In this document: one piece after another, positions 33,311-36,473 of the stretch
Numbering within the stretch: the first letter of the stretch is position 1
How the letters are laid out: each line of letters starts with the position of its first letter
From: Chloroflexaceae bacterium
GTDB lineage: Bacteria > Chloroflexota > Chloroflexia > Chloroflexales > Chloroflexaceae
Direction of reading: 5' to 3'
Length of the DNA stretch: 36,473 nucleotides
NCBI GenBank assembly: GCA_034432515.1
Contig: DAOUBZ010000413.1
Location: forward strand, 1 to 36,473
Position numbers and translations under genes: made by a program
The notes under the pieces: model-generated
Database searches by the model: none
Told to the model about the DNA's origin: nothing
What the model saw: the letters and a program-made list of their open reading frames with translations, nothing else

Positions 33311-34630
33311 CTACCCCGCCAGATCCTGAAGCGGAACGATCACGCGCACCTCAGTTCCACCGCCAGGGGAGCGCAGGATGGCCAGCGTGCCGCCCAATTC
33401 CTGGACACGCTCGCGCATATTGCGCAGGCCAAAGTGGGCATCAGCGCCCTCGGTTGTGGTGGTGCTGAGGGCCTGTTCAGCGATACCGACCCCATCATCA
33501 GCGATGACCAGGCGCGCGGTGCCACAATCAAAGAGGAGCGTGACCGTGATCTGCCGGGCATGCGCGTGCTTATAGGCGTTGAACAGCGCCTCCTGGGCAA
33601 TGTAGTACAGGCCGCTGGCAAGCTGGACGCTCACCGACGGCGGCACATCCGCCGTATGCAACTGTACATTCAGGTTGGTGGTCTTCTCAAGATCGATCGC
33701 CAGTTCGCGCAGGGCCGCCACGAGGCTTGATCGTGCCCCGGTGATAGGTGTGAGTTGGAAAATCGTCGCGCGCATACGCGTGACCGCGCTGCGGGCCATC
33801 TCCTTGGCATTGCAGATCCGCTCATGGACGGGCGACTGCGGATCGAGCTGCACACGGCACCACTCCAGGTTCATCCCGATGCTGATCAGGTGCTGGGCGA
33901 CACTATCGTGCAGGTCGCGCGCGATACGGGCGCGTTCACTGTTCAGGAGCTCGTTCTGGCGCGCGGCGGCCAGGCGGTGGCGGGCTTTCGCGAGCTGGCG
34001 ATTCTTCTCCTCCAGTTCGGTCTTCTGGCGCAGGGCGTCCTCGTAGAGCGCCACGGCCTGCGCGTGCAGGCGTTCGCTCTCTTCGTACAGGCGGGCATTC
34101 TCCACGGCCACTGCGGCCTGATTGGCCAGGGTGCGCAACACCGACAGTTCGCGCTCGTCCATCGCGAACTCGGCACTCAACACCACCACCAGCGCGCCGA
34201 CCACCTGGTCGCTCAACAACATCGGAGCGCCGAGCACGCTCATGCCGGCATCGGTTGCGTGCATCACCATGCCATGCCGGGCAAGCACCTGGGTGATCGC
34301 GCCCTCGATTTCACCCAGGTTCGCGCCGGAGTCAAGCGGTTCGACGCCGCGTGCCGTGCGGCGCATCCCCCAGCGCAACGTTTCAGGGACGTTGAGCACC
34401 AGCACGGCCAGTGCGGCATCGAAGTGCTGCACGGCCACCTCGACCACGGCGCGGGCCAGGCAGGCGATGCCGCTGGTGGTATTGCAGAGCGCACCCGAGA
34501 TCATCGCCACCGAGGCAATGGCCCGGTCGAGCCGGCGCTCATTCTCGCGGTACTCGCTGTAGTAGGTGCGACGTGAGGCGCTGACGCCGATCAGGCTCTC
34601 CAGCAGATGCTCTCGATCGTTACTGTCCAT
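33311..34630 (-). CDS. Cytoplasmic GAF-domain sensor histidine kinase (HisKA_3 / NarL-partner type)
   Basis: No TM segments and a GAF-like N-terminal half. H-box ERARIARDLHDSVAQHL. ATPase region GLRNMRERVQELGGTLAI. The start lies 10 nt after the Fe-ADH stop. Confidence 0.85.
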   Translation of the reverse strand: MDSNDREHLLESLIGVSASRRTYYSEYRENERRLDRAIASVAMISGALCNTTSGIACLARAVVEVAVQHFDAALAVLVLNVPETLRWGMRRTARGVEPLDSGANLGEIEGAITQVLARHGMVMHATDAGMSVLGAPMLLSDQVVGALVVVLSAEFAMDERELSVLRTLANQAAVAVENARLYEESERLHAQAVALYEDALRQKTELEEKNRQLAKARHRLAAARQNELLNSERARIARDLHDSVAQHLISIGMNLEWCRVQLDPQSPVHERICNAKEMARSAVTRMRATIFQLTPITGARSSLVAALRELAIDLEKTTNLNVQLHTADVPPSVSVQLASGLYYIAQEALFNAYKHAHARQITVTLLFDCGTARLVIADDGVGIAEQALSTTTTEGADAHFGLRNMRERVQELGGTLAILRSPGGGTEVRVIVPLQDLAG

Positions 34631-34640
34631 CCGGCGTACC

Positions 34641-35798
34641 TCACATTGCCCTGGCGAACAACTCCATCACCGTCTCGACGCTCGCCTCGCGCGGATTGGT
34701 GGCCATACAGGCATCGTGCATGGCATTGGTGCTCAGGATTGGCAGGTCGTGATCTTTGACCCCGAGGTCGGCCAGGCGTTTGGTCAGCCCCACATCGGCG
34801 ATCAGGGTACGCACAGCCTCAATCGCCAGTGTGCCGGCTTCGACAGGTGTCAGGCCAGCGATGGGCAGACCCATCGCCTCGGCAATGGTCGCATAGCGCT
34901 CGGGGCAGGCCGGGAGGTTGTACTCCATGACGGTGGGCAACAGGATGGCATTCAGTTCGCCGTGGGGCTGGTCGAGCAACCCGCCAACCTGGTGGGCCAT
35001 GGCGTGGGTCGCGCCAAGAATGGCGTTGGAGAAGGCCATGCCGGCGTGGAGACTACTGCGGGCCATCAACTCCTTCGCCTCCAGATCGGACTGGCTGGCG
35101 ACGGAGCGGCGCAGCCCGGCGACGGCCAGGGAGATGGCGCGCAGCGAGTGAACCTCGGTGAGAAAGGTGGCGGCGAGGGAGACATAGGACTCGATGCCAT
35201 GGGTCAGGGCATCCATCCCGGTGCTGGCGGTGAGCCAGGCATCTTTGGTGGTGAGCAGCAGCGGGTCGGTGAGCGAGATATCGGGGATGAGCGACTTGCT
35301 GATCAGGGTCATCTTGAGGCGCCGGCGCGAATCAGTGATCACCGCAAACTGGGAAACATCGGCGCCGGTGCCGGCAGTGGTGGGAATGGCGACGAGCGGC
35401 GGGAGGGGCCGGGTGATGCGATCGATCCCCTCGTAGTCGTGGATGCGGCCACCATTCGTGCTCAGCACCGCGATGCCCTTGGCAGCATCAATGCAACTGC
35501 CGCCGCCGAGGACCACCAGCGCATCGCAGTGCTGCGCCCGGTAGAAAGCGGCTCCCGCTTCGACCTCGTAATCCTTGGGGTTCGGCGTGACACCGGTCCA
35601 GATGGCATAATCGAGGCCCTCTTGCTCGATAGCCGGGAGCATCTGCTCAAGCCAGCCCGCGGCGATAACGCCGGGGTCGCTTACCACCAGCACCCTGGTG
35701 GCGCCGAGCCGCCGCGCGGCCTTGCCTGCCTGCTCAAGCACGCCACAGCCGACGATGATCTCTGGCAGCGTGAACTTGCTAACCTGCATACAAGCCAT
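34641..35798 (-). CDS. Family-III iron-containing alcohol dehydrogenase
   Basis: GGGSCIDAAKG nucleotide-binding motif and metal-ligand His region LGATHAMAHQVGG. 385 aa. Start is the ATG at 35798 or 35789. Confidence 0.85.
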   Translation of the reverse strand: MACMQVSKFTLPEIIVGCGVLEQAGKAARRLGATRVLVVSDPGVIAAGWLEQMLPAIEQEGLDYAIWTGVTPNPKDYEVEAGAAFYRAQHCDALVVLGGGSCIDAAKGIAVLSTNGGRIHDYEGIDRITRPLPPLVAIPTTAGTGADVSQFAVITDSRRRLKMTLISKSLIPDISLTDPLLLTTKDAWLTASTGMDALTHGIESYVSLAATFLTEVHSLRAISLAVAGLRRSVASQSDLEAKELMARSSLHAGMAFSNAILGATHAMAHQVGGLLDQPHGELNAILLPTVMEYNLPACPERYATIAEAMGLPIAGLTPVEAGTLAIEAVRTLIADVGLTKRLADLGVKDHDLPILSTNAMHDACMATNPREASVETVMELFARAM

Positions 35799-35984
35799 CC
35801 TGGCCAGGTATTCTGACGGGTATGGTCAGGTGCGCGCTTGCCCGGTCCGCTGCCAGGAGGCTGCACTCCAGCAGCATTCCCACGATGGAATTACCTACAC
35901 GATCGCGAGTGCACAGCGCCGCGCACGCTGGCGGTGTTGCCGCAGATAACCGGGTATAGCCTGGATTATAGGTTCTTTCTATGC

Positions 35985-36004
35985 CCCTGTCTAGTTGGAC
36001 AGGG
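35985..36004. promoter_or_regulatory. 7-6-7 palindrome in the Fe-ADH / mftA divergent region (candidate operator)
   Basis: CCCTGTC-tagttg-GACAGGG. The half-site GACAGG recurs at the candidate -35 of the mftA promoter (36052-36057). Confidence 0.3.
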
Positions 36005-36049
36005 TACCATTCTCACCAGTCGTTCAGGCAGGCTTTGCACGGTTAGAGG

Positions 36050-36079
36050 GTGACAGGTGGCCTTCTTTTTTGCTATAGT
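36050..36079 (+). promoter_or_regulatory. Candidate extended -10 promoter for mftA
   Basis: GTGACA, 18-nt spacer ending in TGc, then TATAGT. It lies in a locally AT-richer stretch, about 90 nt upstream of the mftA ATG. Confidence 0.4.
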
Positions 36080-36172
36080 GCAAACTACCCCCGATCTACC
36101 ACAATTGCAGCGTCACGCGATGGGGCACCAGCGGGAACATGGTACCGTGTGCGCGAGCGAAGGAGGTTCCGT

Positions 36173-36346
36173 ATGGAAGATAACTCCGTCGTCCTGGAGG
36201 AGCTCGAAGTAGGCGCCGCGATCGAGGAGGAGAGCGGTCGGGTTGACGTTGCGGAGGCGTCCCTGGTGGACGAGGACACGCCGGAGATCCTGGCGGAACT
36301 GGTGGTCGAAGAAGTGAGCATTGACGGGATGTGTGGCGTGTATTGA
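36173..36346 (+). CDS. mftA: Mycofactocin precursor peptide MftA (57 aa)
   Basis: Sequence MEDNSVVLEELEVGAAIEEESGRVDVAEASLVDEDTPEILAELVVEEVSIDGMCGVY. The C-terminal EEVSIDGMCGVY matches the MftA signature, ending in Gly-Val-Tyr. GAAGGAGG lies 6 nt before the ATG. The track ORF (from 36050) over-extends upstream. Confidence 0.85.
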   Translation: MEDNSVVLEELEVGAAIEEESGRVDVAEASLVDEDTPEILAELVVEEVSIDGMCGVY

Positions 36347-36403
36347 ACACGCCCGGTAGGGGCGCAAGCGCTTCTAGTACTACAACGAAGGTTGGCCTTC
36401 TGT

Positions 36404-36473
36404 CGCATCAGGACGCCCTACACCTGTCACCCTGAGCGGAGGCGTAGCCGAAGCGAAGGGTCTCGGGATGGCA
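36404..36473 (+). repeat. Family-B repeat copy B2, truncated by the window end
   Basis: 36423-36473 is the reverse complement of 24071-24121 with 1 mismatch. Upstream similarity (cgcatcag.acgcc.tac) extends the match to about 70 nt. Confidence 0.85.

Noticed and set aside
36050-36172. N-terminal extension of the mftA ORF (the 98-aa track ORF starting at 36050).
   Set aside because: The extension begins at a non-ATG codon inside the candidate promoter and has no SD. The internal ATG at 36173 has GAAGGAGG at ideal spacing and yields a peptide of MftA-like type.
1-36473. Prophage, genomic island, defence island, tRNA/rRNA genes or a riboswitch.
   Set aside because: I found no integrase, transposase, phage or cas genes and no tRNA-like T-loop or acceptor patterns. 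The only compositional shifts are short AT-rich promoter patches. I could not recognise any known riboswitch core by eye. A covariance-model scan (Rfam/Infernal, tRNAscan-SE) would be needed to exclude small RNAs.

Overview
This is a high-GC (roughly two-thirds G+C by eye), gene-dense bacterial chromosomal segment with about 27 supportable CDS. I found no rRNA, tRNA, CRISPR array, transposase, integrase or phage genes. The centre-left holds a tight minus-strand operon, hdrC-hdrB-hdrA-mvhD-mvhG-mvhA-maturation protease. This is a cytoplasmic group-3c-type [NiFe] hydrogenase plus heterodisulfide-reductase-like module. A cNMP-binding-domain gene and an orphan gltD-like gene follow it on the same strand. 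Other genes are ordinary metabolic, regulatory or transport genes: DUF2156, amidase, IclR, SDR, SulP/ArsR, malic enzyme, AI-2E permease, DUF1269 repeat protein, flavodoxin-like protein, UvrD-like helicase, SfsA and an MFS transporter. The most notable content is at the right end. A 57-aa ORF ends in ...VEEVSIDGMCGVY, the mycofactocin precursor (MftA) signature. No mftB or mftC follows it in the window. It is divergent from a family-III Fe-alcohol dehydrogenase that heads a co-directional string: Fe-ADH, GAF histidine kinase, NarL-type regulator, DhaM (EIIA-HPr), DoxX-like membrane protein and a two-domain PPK2. The intergenic DNA is unusually structured. (1) Two mutually complementary arrays of an 8-nt unit (CACCTCCA / TGGAGGTG, i.e. 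anti-SD / SD sequence) bracket mvhG-mvhA-protease. (2) A dispersed family of perfect 23-bp hairpins shows compensatory arm changes and is followed by a GGGGCTTGCC module, in two cases abutting good promoters. (3) Further palindromic repeat families (B, C, D) occur, some blocks flanked by 11-, 16- or 41-bp direct repeats. Both window edges fall inside repeat copies, which is consistent with assembly breaks. Coordinates come from the ORF track, refined by hand using ATG/GTG position and Shine-Dalgarno spacing. All product calls are motif-level recognition, not database searches.
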